IMG/VR virus record: IMGVR_UViG_3300042520_000860
Location: 1-64,000 of that record
Source: a virus
Strand: one strand, 5' to 3'
DNA: 64,000 bases
The position numbers were made by a program, and so were the translations under genes. Shown here in pieces: positions 9,464 through 18,444 of this stretch; position 1 is the first letter of the stretch, and each line of letters starts with the position of its first letter. Below the pieces are notes generated by a model that saw nothing but the letters and a program-made list of their open reading frames with translations, made no database searches and had not been told where the DNA came from.

Positions 9464-9916
9464 TTAGATTGAGATTTCAAGATGAACATTGCCTTGGTCG
9501 TCAGTGGTCACGCCAAGCACGGAGTATCCGGCAAGCGTAGCGGCGTTGATCGTTGCATGTTTGGAGTAGGCTTGCATCAGTTTGCCAGCATCAGAGCCGA
9601 TCAATCCTTCAAGCACTTTGCCGTCATGCGTTCCGCCGCTGCCCCAGAAGTCGAATAACGGAAACAATCCATCCTCGCCTTTAATTTGCGCGAAGCCGAC
9701 CTCGTAGTTGACACCTTCGAACTTGGCCGCACACTCGCACTTGCCTAAGTCGTCAACCGTCATTCCGACAGGAAGCGGGTAGTCACCAACATGGCGACCG
9801 AACCACTTGTAGGTTTTTTGGTCTAGGTGAAGTACGCCGCCTAATTCAGCGACGGCGCTTTGAAGCGCGTTCAAGTCCTTGATCGGCACGTTCTTAATTG
9901 CAGTTACATGGCTCAT
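9464..9916 (-). CDS. DUF1257 (Ycf35-like) protein
   Basis: MSHVTAIK...IKDLNALQSAVAELG start; YEVGF; DFWG; QAYS. Confidence 0.75.
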   Translation of the reverse strand: MSHVTAIKNVPIKDLNALQSAVAELGGVLHLDQKTYKWFGRHVGDYPLPVGMTVDDLGKCECAAKFEGVNYEVGFAQIKGEDGLFPLFDFWGSGGTHDGKVLEGLIGSDAGKLMQAYSKHATINAATLAGYSVLGVTTDDQGNVHLEISI

Positions 9917-9945
9917 ACTTTTGTTTTGTTCTATTGGTTGTGGGG

Positions 9946-10581
9946 TTAGATTGGTTTGATGAAGCGGCGGCGTTTCTGAACGGTCACAAGCGCAGTTGAA
10001 CCGTCATCTTTTTGAATGGTCTCAATCTTAGCTTTCTCAGCGTCGATCATTCGCGTAGCGAAGAGGTACTCAACGGAGGACGGGTGAAACATTTTATCGA
10101 ATTGAAGAAGCGCCTTAATACCTAGTGACTTGGCTTCCTCCAAAGAAATCAGATCGAATCTACCAATCACCTTGGCAAATGGCGCAGTCACGTTTGGGTC
10201 TGAAAGCAATCGCACAGTAACTTCAGTCAGCGCAGCGGTATCGCGCACGCGAAGGAATTGACAGGCTGAGATAGTCATTTTTCCAGCACCAGCACGGCGT
10301 TGGCCGAATACTTTCAGTATCTCTCCGTTGGCGACCTCATACGTCATTCGAGTCATCTTACCACCGATTTCAGGCGAGTAGCCAGAGACGGATGGCGTAA
10401 CGGTTGGGAATGGTGAGATGCGGCGGACAACGTGCGCGGTCTGAGGTGACTTGGCAGCGATGCCCAAGTGCATCTCATTAACGCCAGTGTTTACGAACTG
10501 GCGGGGCGAATGGAAAACGAAAGCCTTGGCGCTTCCGTAGCGGAGGTTAATCTCTCCTGTGAGCGTTTCTATCGGGGTCAT
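9946..10581 (-). CDS. hypothetical protein
   Basis: 211 aa ORF; possible promoter TTGCAA-N17-TAGAAC at 10608-10636. Confidence 0.65.
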   Translation of the reverse strand: MTPIETLTGEINLRYGSAKAFVFHSPRQFVNTGVNEMHLGIAAKSPQTAHVVRRISPFPTVTPSVSGYSPEIGGKMTRMTYEVANGEILKVFGQRRAGAGKMTISACQFLRVRDTAALTEVTVRLLSDPNVTAPFAKVIGRFDLISLEEAKSLGIKALLQFDKMFHPSSVEYLFATRMIDAEKAKIETIQKDDGSTALVTVQKRRRFIKPI

Positions 10582-10654
10582 GGTTGGTCTGGGGTTGCAT
10601 TAGTAGTGTTCTATCAAATACTTATTTGCTTTGCAAACATAAAGTTTAGAAAGA

Positions 10655-10711
10655 GAGGGCGGCTGGCGACCATGTTCGGAAGAAACCAATACTTCCTAGC
10701 CAACCGCCCTC
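10655..10711 (-). terminator. long bulged hairpin (terminator or processing site)
   Basis: GAGGGCGGCTGGC/GCCAACCGCCCTC arms with inner GGAAG/CTTCC stem, just past the ATPase stop. Confidence 0.45.
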
Positions 10712-10718
10712 AAATCTT

Positions 10719-12362
10719 TCACATGCCAATCCTCCTTCGACGGGTTTGGGATTGTCGTGTTGCGGGAACTTTCAATAAGGTCTTGTCAGATTTTGACTCA
10801 GGCGTCGAAGCGAGGCGCGCGTTGTTTTCAGCCCACGAGCGCATTGCCTCAAAGTCATCCGCAAAGGCCACGCTGATTGGTTTCATGTTCTTGAGCTGAT
10901 CGGCAATCGCTTGACCAGTCACCTTGTCGCCTGAGTTGAACGACTCGATCACGGTTTCTTTTACTGCGGCCTCGATCTCTGCGCTCACGTAACCCTCCGA
11001 GTATTTGATCGCCTCAGCAAGGTCTTCAATCGTATCAGGATCTTGCTTGCGAGACTTGAGGTGAATACGCAAGATTTCTTCCCGCTCGACTGAGTTAGGT
11101 GGAAGTACAGCGAACACTTCATCCAACCTACCCTTGCGCAGTAGCTCGGAGGGGAGTCCTGCAACGCGGTTGGCAGTGAAGAGCCAAAAGATCGGCGCGG
11201 GGCTTTCCTGCATGAAGGTCAGGATACTGCCTAGCACTCGCGTGGAGGTGCCTGAGTCATTTGTAGCGCCGCTGCTTAGGCCCGCCTTGTCGATCTCATC
11301 GATAAAGGCCACGCAAGGGGCCATCGCTTCGAGTTGCTTGAGGGCGGCACGGACGCGGCCTTCAGATTGACCTACTAAAGAACCAAAGACACGAGAGACA
11401 TCAAATCGGATCAGAGGTTGGCCTAAAGTTGCGGCAATCGCTTTCGCACTGATTGACTTCCCTGTTCCGGGCGGGCCGATCAACGCGATGCCTTTCGGTT
11501 TATCCGCGCCGAAGTCCTCAGCATCCTTACTGAAGCACGCCTTGCGGATCGCCATCCATGCTTTGAGTTGATCCAGACCGCCGACGTCCTCAATTCTGCC
11601 TGCTTTCATCAGTTCCAAGACTTCCGAGCGTTTGACGACATCGGTCTTGGTGGAAAGGACGATGCGGTTGAAATCAGTGAACGGAACTTCGGGGAATGAA
11701 TCCAAGTTGCGAACGATTGCTTGAGCGAAGGCCGACTCCGCTTCCAAGCGGGTCATGCCAGACGCACTTGATACGAGCGCTTCTTTTTCGGAAGCGGTGA
11801 ACACCTCCATAGGCTCGTGATTGGTTGGGAACGCGCCTTCGATCACCTCATCCAAGATTGACGCGATCTCATCACGGTCTGGCAATTCGTAGTCTATGAC
11901 GGGGATGTCATGTTGAAGTTCGGCTGGAAGGACAAACGACTCAGGCGTGACAATCACCAGCCGCTTTTCGGAGGTGGCAAATTGATAAGCGTACTGCCGC
12001 AGCATTGCGACCATCACGGGGTCAGGCTTTTCACCAAGGAACGGATGCAAGCCGTCCATGGCGTAAATTCCATCGGGCCACGCATTTGACCCGTCGCCGT
12101 CAAGGTCTCCGATCTTTTTCAGCGCCGCTTGCGGATTGATTGTTTTATCACGCGCCGAGGGCTGGTCGCTAGACAGCTCATTGGAGTATTCATGCCAGCC
12201 GCCGACTACATTCCACATCTTGTAAGGGAGCGACGCTTGAGTGGAAGACTCTTTAAGGGCGGATAAAACCCTGAACGGTTCGCGAGCACGGGTTAGGATC
12301 ACACCCGTGCCAGCGGCACTAAGGATTTTGATTTCTTTTAAGTAGTTTAGTTTTGCTTTCAT
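10719..12362 (-). CDS. Ycf46-like AAA+ ATPase
   Basis: DVGGLDQLK, Walker A GPPGTGKS, Walker B FIDEIDK, TAN...LPSELLRKGRLDE; degenerate first AAA domain; ATG 12362 lies after the promoter. Confidence 0.85.
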   Translation of the reverse strand: MKAKLNYLKEIKILSAAGTGVILTRAREPFRVLSALKESSTQASLPYKMWNVVGGWHEYSNELSSDQPSARDKTINPQAALKKIGDLDGDGSNAWPDGIYAMDGLHPFLGEKPDPVMVAMLRQYAYQFATSEKRLVIVTPESFVLPAELQHDIPVIDYELPDRDEIASILDEVIEGAFPTNHEPMEVFTASEKEALVSSASGMTRLEAESAFAQAIVRNLDSFPEVPFTDFNRIVLSTKTDVVKRSEVLELMKAGRIEDVGGLDQLKAWMAIRKACFSKDAEDFGADKPKGIALIGPPGTGKSISAKAIAATLGQPLIRFDVSRVFGSLVGQSEGRVRAALKQLEAMAPCVAFIDEIDKAGLSSGATNDSGTSTRVLGSILTFMQESPAPIFWLFTANRVAGLPSELLRKGRLDEVFAVLPPNSVEREEILRIHLKSRKQDPDTIEDLAEAIKYSEGYVSAEIEAAVKETVIESFNSGDKVTGQAIADQLKNMKPISVAFADDFEAMRSWAENNARLASTPESKSDKTLLKVPATRQSQTRRRRIGM

Positions 12363-12372
12363 GGTCTTGGAT

Positions 12373-12401
12373 AAGTTAATAAATACGAATCGGCTTTGCA
12401 A
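12373..12401 (-). promoter_or_regulatory. promoter TTGCAA-N17-TAACTT
   Basis: Same -35 as the early promoters; perfect TTGCAA-N3-TTGCAA upstream at 12424-12438. Confidence 0.55.
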
Positions 12402-12440
12402 TCTTATTTTGTAGAAAATTGATTTGCAACGTTTGCAAAT

Positions 12441-12668
12441 TTAGTCGCGGTCATCGACGCAGTCCTCGTAGTGAGGGTTTTCAGTGCTGCCAGATTCGAT
12501 AAAAGTGCGGCGCTCACCAACGGGCTCCCATTGGTCGGGTGGCGGCAGCTCTTCTTCTTGGGCAAAGCGAAGCGCCTCATCATCGCTATGCGCTTCGATG
12601 TTGACAAAACACTCGACCTCGAAGGTCAGGCGAATTTGATACGATTTTTGGTTTCTGGGGTCTCTCAT
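12441..12668 (-). CDS. hypothetical protein
   Basis: ORF with GACCATG leader. Confidence 0.55.
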   Translation of the reverse strand: MRDPRNQKSYQIRLTFEVECFVNIEAHSDDEALRFAQEEELPPPDQWEPVGERRTFIESGSTENPHYEDCVDDRD

Positions 12669-12687
12669 GGTCTTGGTTCTGTTTTGG

Positions 12688-12930
12688 TTATTTCTGTTTG
12701 CGGATGTTCGCCACATGACGAACAAGGTTGTCTAAATTTGACTCGAACACTTCGCGAGCATCTTCAATGCGTGATTGCAAGTCCTCCTCGAATTGCACTC
12801 GCAACGCTGCCTTGGTGATGTTCGGGCAGTTGCAATCAACGTCGAGTACGAACTCGCTGAAGCTCAGGCCGTCGATAAGGCTCAGGCCGATTTGCCATGA
12901 GTCCAAGTCGATGTTTTTCCAGTCGGTCAT
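12688..12930 (-). CDS. hypothetical protein
   Basis: ORF in early island. Confidence 0.6.
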   Translation of the reverse strand: MTDWKNIDLDSWQIGLSLIDGLSFSEFVLDVDCNCPNITKAALRVQFEEDLQSRIEDAREVFESNLDNLVRHVANIRKQK

Positions 12931-12935
12931 AGGGG

Positions 12936-13100
12936 TTAGATAAGGTCAAAGATATAGTCAGGCTCTAAGCCTTCTTCGTAGAGGACTTCTTCGGGGTCTG
13001 CGCCGTCTTCGTAAACGCGGCGTCTCATCTCGTGGATGACCTCAGCGGCTTCAGAGGCCGACAGGTCTTGCCCGTTCATCAGTGCTTGTTTTAATTTCAT
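12936..13100 (-). CDS. small acidic phage protein
   Basis: DPEEVLYEEGLEPDYIFDL C-terminus; ATGA overlap. Confidence 0.6.
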   Translation of the reverse strand: MKLKQALMNGQDLSASEAAEVIHEMRRRVYEDGADPEEVLYEEGLEPDYIFDLI

Positions 13101-13390
13101 GGTCTTTGGAGTTGGTTTTGGTTGGTTGGTTGGTTCTGGTTGGTTCTGGTTGGTGGTGACTCGATGATCTGATTCAAGTGCGAAATAAGCTGTGGCCAAG
13201 AATCAGGCATAAAACTTTTGTATTTTTCAGAGCGGCTTCCCACAAAATAACTGGTTGTTGACTGGCCGAAAAATGAACCCTTTTCTTTATCAATGATAAA
13301 TAAGGAGTTTCCGTTCAAATCGTCGACATAAGATCGACGATTGCGATGTGATCCAAAGATAATGAACTTATCGTAAGTTGTGGATTTCAT
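13097..13390 (-). CDS. hypothetical protein
   Basis: ORF, more AT-rich than its neighbours. Confidence 0.5.
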   Translation of the reverse strand: MKSTTYDKFIIFGSHRNRRSYVDDLNGNSLFIIDKEKGSFFGQSTTSYFVGSRSEKYKSFMPDSWPQLISHLNQIIESPPTRTNQNQPTNQNQLQRP

Positions 13391-13414
13391 GTCGGTCGGT
13401 CTTGGTTCTGGTTT

Positions 13415-13609
13415 CTAGTTTTCGATGGGAACAATGCAGTCGACCCGTGTGGCCGCAAGTGCCTCAGCTAAGGTATCGAATCCCATCACACCGCAGCTTG
13501 GGTCAATTTCAAAGGCGAGCCCCGGTTGAAGGGTGATGATAATGCCATTACCTATGCCGCGCTCGTCATCGACGAACTCGATCCAGTTTCGTTTTTTCAA
13601 TGTTTTCAT
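13415..13609 (-). CDS. hypothetical protein
   Basis: GACCATG leader. Confidence 0.55.
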   Translation of the reverse strand: MKTLKKRNWIEFVDDERGIGNGIIITLQPGLAFEIDPSCGVMGFDTLAEALAATRVDCIVPIEN

Positions 13610-13628
13610 GGTCGTTTGTTTGGTTTAG

Positions 13629-13979
13629 TTAAGCAAAGCGAAGGCGCTCGCGTTCGATTGCGGGAAGGTAGCTCCACGAGGCACTGACCCTGCGGAAATT
13701 CTTGTCCTTTGGGTCAACGCCTCGCCTGATGATTTCAGCTTCGATTTCGTCGATGCCGTAGTTAGTGCGGAGGCGCTCGCGGTACTCAGCCTCTTCGCGT
13801 CGTTTTTGCGCGTAGGGAATGAAGCGGTTGTCGCGATAGCGTTGGCCGAAGCCGTTGTCGTTGCCTTCGAAATTCGAGAAGTACGAGCGCCACGCATGAG
13901 CGCGAGCGGATAGTAGTTCATCGAGTGAAGCATCACAAAGGTCTGTGAATCCGGCGGTAGTATTGAGTCCGTTGTTCAT
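13629..13979 (-). CDS. hypothetical protein
   Basis: AACC-rich leader ending GACCATG at 13979. Confidence 0.55.
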   Translation of the reverse strand: MNNGLNTTAGFTDLCDASLDELLSARAHAWRSYFSNFEGNDNGFGQRYRDNRFIPYAQKRREEAEYRERLRTNYGIDEIEAEIIRRGVDPKDKNFRRVSASWSYLPAIERERLRFA

Positions 13980-14001
13980 GGTCTTGGTTGGTTTGGTTTG
14001 G

Positions 14002-14265
14002 TTAGAGAATGTAGGCGTTGACCTCGTAGCGGCCGGTTTCACTGCGCCAGATGTTGATGTGGCCGAACTTTCGCGTTGGCTTGCCCTTGAAGGCGGTCAG
14101 CTCAAAGTGGGCATCTTTGTTGGTGCCGTAGGCGACTCCCCCGAAAGTGAAGGGGTTGTCGAGCCGAAGCGCGGAATCGAACTCAGCGCGGCGAGCTTCG
14201 AGGTAGTCGAATGCAGCAGAGACTGCCGAGCCGAGCGTGTCGTGGAATGGTTCAAGCGTGTGCAT
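14002..14265 (-). CDS. phage early protein, first gene after promoter repeat B
   Basis: HINIWRSETGRYEVNAY C-terminus; GACCATG leader. Confidence 0.65.
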   Translation of the reverse strand: MHTLEPFHDTLGSAVSAAFDYLEARRAEFDSALRLDNPFTFGGVAYGTNKDAHFELTAFKGKPTRKFGHINIWRSETGRYEVNAYIL

Positions 14266-14503
14266 GGTCGTTATTTGGTTTTGGTTTATTGCCTATTTGC
14301 TGGCAACGAAATCAATCTACGTTATGCCCTTTCGTTTTGCAAACTTTTTCTCGTAAATCTTTAAAATCCCTGTGTTTATGCGCCCTGTAGCTCCTTAAAA
14401 ATTGCAAACTATTTGCAAAACGTGCAAATTTTCCTCATCTTTTTGCCCTCTTTTCCTTTGTGTGTATTTTTTGAATACACTTTGGCAAATCCTCTTCCTC
14501 TTC
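14266..14503 (-). repeat. promoter module repeat copy B (promoter TTGCAA-N17-TAGATT at 14314-14342)
   Basis: Near-identical to copies A and C. Confidence 0.9.
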
Positions 14504-14513
14504 GCTAGTCAAC

Positions 14514-14915
14514 TCACGCGCTCAACTCGGCGCGGATGCGACGCACGTCAGCAATCTTCGCTGAGACTGCTTTGGAGATCAAGCGATCATCCTTAGATGG
14601 GCTGCGCTCAATCGCTTGGCGAATCTTTTCGTCCAAGTCACTTGTTGGAGCGGCCTTCGCTTTCGGCGCAGGCTTTTCAGTATCGCCACCAACGCGGTAG
14701 CAAACCACGCGCACGGTCATGCGCCGCGCGCTATCCCAGACAGGAAAATCTTTGCGCTCAAAGTCGCCCGACTGCAATCCGGGTTTAAGCAGGTCGGCAA
14801 CTCGATCAGGATCACACTGCAACTCCACTGCGACTTGCTCGCGTGTCTGCCATCCGGCAGGAATTTGAAAACGATTGGAGTTGATTCGGTTGATTGTTTT
14901 TAACCACTTGGACAT
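14514..14915 (-). CDS. putative HTH DNA-binding protein
   Basis: TREQVAVELQCDPDRVADLL and DDRLISKAVSAKIADVRRIR HTH-like segments. Confidence 0.45.
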   Translation of the reverse strand: MSKWLKTINRINSNRFQIPAGWQTREQVAVELQCDPDRVADLLKPGLQSGDFERKDFPVWDSARRMTVRVVCYRVGGDTEKPAPKAKAAPTSDLDEKIRQAIERSPSKDDRLISKAVSAKIADVRRIRAELSA

Positions 14916-14920
14916 AATGT

Positions 14921-15925
14921 TTATTCTAAAAAGATGGGGAAGGTGCCTGTCCGTCCGTAGCTAGGGTCGAACAGGAAATATGTCTGGGTAGGAGATTCGT
15001 AAGGAGCCTTGATCGCAACGCTGTACGCGTTATGACCAATCAGCGAGCCGTTGCAGATCCACTTCGGATTCTGCTGCGACTGGTGCCAGTGGCCGAAGAT
15101 GTCGAGGTCGGCGGTGATGCCTTTGTTCCAAGCCGAGATTGCTTTCTCGACGGGAATCGTCAGGCCGCCGATGCCGCCTTGGTACTTTAGGCCATCGCCG
15201 TGATGGACGCGGAGCGTTTTGCCATAAAGCTCCATCAAGAGATGGTAGCCGTCGCTCACGTGCCACTCGGCCTTATCGGCAAGCTGCTTGGCCATGATAT
15301 GATAAAGCATCCACTCGTAGCTATTCGCCGCGCCAGTCGCATGGCGGGGCTTGCGGGTAGTGCGGCCATGGTTGCCATAGACGCAAGGAATGACGATTTC
15401 GGAGAAGTGCTTGCTAAGTAGGTCAAGCCCACCAGCAATTCGATCCTGAAGCCAAAGAACGGTTTCGGTGGGCGACAGCGCGTTCTGCTCCTGAAGCTCC
15501 TCGTGGATGTAGCCAGTCATCAAGTCGCCGCCAAGGATCAGCATCAAGCGGTCAATCTTCGCGCCTTGTCGCTGGATCTCAGTCAACTTGACGATGTTTG
15601 TGAAGAACTTGTTGATTCTTTCCTCCGCGATTTGAAGAGAGAAGGCGTTGAGGCCATTGACGGTTTTCTTATCGACGGTTTCTTCCACGTGCCAATCAGA
15701 TGCAACCGCAACGGCGGTCACCTCGTTCTTTTTGGCTGGCGGCAACACGATCTTCGACGCCTTGGGATGATGTGCGGTCAGCGCAAGTGCAGCATCGAGC
15801 TGCGAGTCCTTGTCGTCCAAAATCGCAATCAACCGCTTGCGCTCGTTCTCAAGCTCATCAACGGTCTTGCGGTGACGCTTTTCTGTCACTTCATGAATTG
15901 CAGTACTCCAGTCTTTGTCGCTCAT
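14921..15925 (-). CDS. calcineurin-like metallophosphoesterase
   Basis: SDWH, GGD, GNHG, HHGD, GHWH motifs. Confidence 0.85.
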   Translation of the reverse strand: MSDKDWSTAIHEVTEKRHRKTVDELENERKRLIAILDDKDSQLDAALALTAHHPKASKIVLPPAKKNEVTAVAVASDWHVEETVDKKTVNGLNAFSLQIAEERINKFFTNIVKLTEIQRQGAKIDRLMLILGGDLMTGYIHEELQEQNALSPTETVLWLQDRIAGGLDLLSKHFSEIVIPCVYGNHGRTTRKPRHATGAANSYEWMLYHIMAKQLADKAEWHVSDGYHLLMELYGKTLRVHHGDGLKYQGGIGGLTIPVEKAISAWNKGITADLDIFGHWHQSQQNPKWICNGSLIGHNAYSVAIKAPYESPTQTYFLFDPSYGRTGTFPIFLE

Positions 15926-15936
15926 TTTTTTAGTGG

Positions 15937-16449
15937 TTAGATCATGAAGCGAATCCTTGACCTGATTGCCAAGATGCTTCGCCTTTTGCGGTAGACGCCA
16001 TCGCCTTCGCGAGACCCTGCGCTGTTAGTGTTTCCTTCGATGGTTTCGATGACGCCGTCTTTGTCGGGCGAACTCAGCGCAATGCCGATGTGGGAGAATT
16101 TGAAGATCACCAAGTCGCCTCGCTTGATGTCGCCGTCATGTGGTTTCTTGAGGATTGCGGTTCGATCAACTTTCTTGCACCAGTTTTCAAAGTCCCATGC
16201 ACCGGGTGTTCGCGGTCTTTTGAACGTGGCAGTCTCTTTGATGTCAGCCTCTTCAAGCGCCCTCTTAACTGCCCAACAGACGAATGCGGCGCACCATGCG
16301 TAGCCGTCATCTCCGGGTTTCGATCCGTTCGGGTCATACCAATCGGATTCAAAGAACTCTTTAAGGCCAGCGCCTTTGTTCGGGCCGCCTTGCTCACGGA
16401 CGCCAACCTTGCTTAATGCAAAACTTGCAATTTTTTCGGGTAAGATCAT
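15937..16449 (-). CDS. CHAP-domain endolysin
   Basis: AWCAAFV, SHIGI, IEGNT catalytic motifs. Confidence 0.85.
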   Translation of the reverse strand: MILPEKIASFALSKVGVREQGGPNKGAGLKEFFESDWYDPNGSKPGDDGYAWCAAFVCWAVKRALEEADIKETATFKRPRTPGAWDFENWCKKVDRTAILKKPHDGDIKRGDLVIFKFSHIGIALSSPDKDGVIETIEGNTNSAGSREGDGVYRKRRSILAIRSRIRFMI

Positions 16450-16643
16450 CTGTTTTTCCACATGCAGTTGTCCACACCGCAGCCCTTTGACATGCGCACG
16501 ATGTCGGCTCTCATTGAGTCAATGATTCGGTCTTGCGCCTCAAGCCGAGTACGCATCGTTGTCCACAGCAACGCGGCCAAGGAACCGATGATGCCGCCAA
16601 GTGAAAGGAACACAGTCAAAATCCAGTCAACGGGGATGCTCAT
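16446..16643 (-). CDS. membrane protein, holin- or i-spanin-like
   Basis: N-terminal TM, coiled coil, C-terminal cysteines; in lysis cassette. Confidence 0.5.
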   Translation of the reverse strand: MSIPVDWILTVFLSLGGIIGSLAALLWTTMRTRLEAQDRIIDSMRADIVRMSKGCGVDNCMWKNR

Positions 16644-16792
16644 TTGTTCGGGATGACAACAGGCTTCGGATAGATTGACACTTCGCCGCTTTTTGAGGAA
16701 GACAAGTCAACCCAAGGAGTTTTCAGCTCGAAGGGGACGCCAGCGCACCCAACTAAAAGAGAACAAAGCGCAGCGAGAAGGAAGATTTTCAT
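16640..16792 (-). CDS. 50 aa lipoprotein, putative o-spanin (absent from the ORF track)
   Basis: MKIFLLAALCSLLVG-CAGVP lipobox; overlaps both neighbours (TAATG and ATGA). Confidence 0.7.
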   Translation of the reverse strand: MKIFLLAALCSLLVGCAGVPFELKTPWVDLSSSKSGEVSIYPKPVVIPNK

Positions 16793-17001
16793 TAGAACGA
16801 GTTGTTGCGTTTTCCGTCATCGACGAGGTCGCCAATGACCACGGAGATTTCCTTGACCGCAAGTGCGGCAGCGGAGCCGCCGAGGATGTAGACGGCGATG
16901 TCGGGTGGCATGATTGAGATGAAGCCGCCGAGGTTAAGCGTAGCGACGGCGGATGCCGCAGCGCCGACGGCAGTGAGTGTACGAAGGATGTTTGTTTTCA
17001 T
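16792..17001 (-). CDS. putative holin
   Basis: Two hydrophobic segments, charged C-terminus, in lysis cassette. Confidence 0.5.
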   Translation of the reverse strand: MKTNILRTLTAVGAAASAVATLNLGGFISIMPPDIAVYILGGSAAALAVKEISVVIGDLVDDGKRNNSF

Positions 17002-17106
17002 AAGTCGTTCTTCAGTTATTCACAGCCGCGCCATTCGACGCGGTGATGGGCATGAGGCTGAAGCATTTACGCCGACTAGTCAAGTCGGCAATGCCGGACG
17101 AACTAC

Positions 17107-17352
17107 TTACCAATTACTAATCGGGCAACTTTCAGTACCTAGCCGAAGTTTTGCCGGAATGATGCAGCCGCATTCCAAGCATCCGCCAAGACCTTTGTAG
17201 CCGTCGGCATCGTAGCGTTTGCAAGGCTTGCAAATTGCCAATCGGCGTTCGTATTCGCTTTCAGACGCCAACGGACAGCCGCCTTTCAACCAACCAATCG
17301 CGGCCTTCGCGACGGTAGCAGTTTTTTGCGGCAAAGACGGTGACGCGGACAT
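17107..17352 (-). CDS. Cys-rich DUF6171-like protein
   Basis: RRLAICKPC...CLECGC...K...SCP..W. Confidence 0.6.
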   Translation of the reverse strand: MSASPSLPQKTATVAKAAIGWLKGGCPLASESEYERRLAICKPCKRYDADGYKGLGGCLECGCIIPAKLRLGTESCPISNW

Positions 17353-17363
17353 AAGGAATGCGT

Positions 17364-17969
17364 TTAGATAGGATCGGCGGGCGGAACCACGACCTCGAAA
17401 GAAACACTGCCGCTGGTTGACGGCAAGGGTTTGTTTATGCCTTCGCCAGTAGGCTGGATTGCCGCGCTGAGCCAAAGAACTAAAGGGCAAATCGTGGCGG
17501 GTAAAAGAATAGTCTCAGTGGCGGAAGAGTTCTCAGGGGTAAGCAGCTTAGCCGTCGTATCAACAAAGCTCGTTACCAAGTCCCCTTTCAGCGTACTGTA
17601 AAGGCCAGCGCCAAGTTTGATGTTATCGTTATCAAGCGTAAACGCAGTTGACACTGACAAGGCTATGTTAGCCGAAAAAGGCTCGCTGGCAACGTATGCA
17701 AACATGCCGCGAACTACGGTCTGCCCAAGCGTTGACGAGTCTTGCACGGTGAACACAGGCGCACTCCGAGCATAACCATTCGACGACGTCAAAAGCGGCG
17801 CTTTGGTGTTGAGCGTCTTTGTCCAGAAATAGTTCCACGGCCATACGTCGGAATCATGGTCGGCGCAATTCACAAACAGCTTTCTTTGCGCCCCCACGGG
17901 GGTGATGTAATCGACCTGACAACCAAGCCGAAGAATCGGTGGCGGGCGAAGATCAGCGATAAGGGACAT
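17364..17969 (-). CDS. putative tail-associated protein
   Basis: Beta-rich ORF at the end of the tail module. Confidence 0.5.
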   Translation of the reverse strand: MSLIADLRPPPILRLGCQVDYITPVGAQRKLFVNCADHDSDVWPWNYFWTKTLNTKAPLLTSSNGYARSAPVFTVQDSSTLGQTVVRGMFAYVASEPFSANIALSVSTAFTLDNDNIKLGAGLYSTLKGDLVTSFVDTTAKLLTPENSSATETILLPATICPLVLWLSAAIQPTGEGINKPLPSTSGSVSFEVVVPPADPI

Positions 17970-17980
17970 AGCGGTTAATC

Positions 17981-18439
17981 TTATGCTTCCAAGAACAAAA
18001 CCTTGCCAGTCTTAGGCTCATTGTTCAAACAAAGAGTGACTTCTACCTCCTCGAATCGTTTCCATTCAAGGATGTCGGGGACGCCTTTAACACCAGTCAG
18101 CACAAAAACGCCGTCGCCCGTAATCGGCGGTAGCTCAAACTTTTCATCTATGGCAGGCCCGCCAGTGGAGCTTGGCCAAGTCACCACAATACCGGGCTTA
18201 ACCTTTACCTTGGGATCATCGGGATTTTCAAGTTTAGTCTCATCACCAGCATCCGCCCCATCGGTACTTATCGGGTCGTTTTTGCCTGAAGATAACAACC
18301 CCGTTACTTTGGAAAGTATCTCGGCTTCACCAGTACTCGCAAGCGTATCTGCATTTTTAAGGATTAGCTCAGTAATGAGCTTCGCTTGCGTCAGCATAAC
18401 GTTAAGCTCACCTGATTGAGTCGTGGTTGTGTCTTCCAT
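17981..18439 (-). CDS. hypothetical tail-region protein
   Basis: ORF and context. Confidence 0.5.
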   Translation of the reverse strand: MEDTTTTQSGELNVMLTQAKLITELILKNADTLASTGEAEILSKVTGLLSSGKNDPISTDGADAGDETKLENPDDPKVKVKPGIVVTWPSSTGGPAIDEKFELPPITGDGVFVLTGVKGVPDILEWKRFEEVEVTLCLNNEPKTGKVLFLEA

Positions 18440-18444
18440 AGCGG

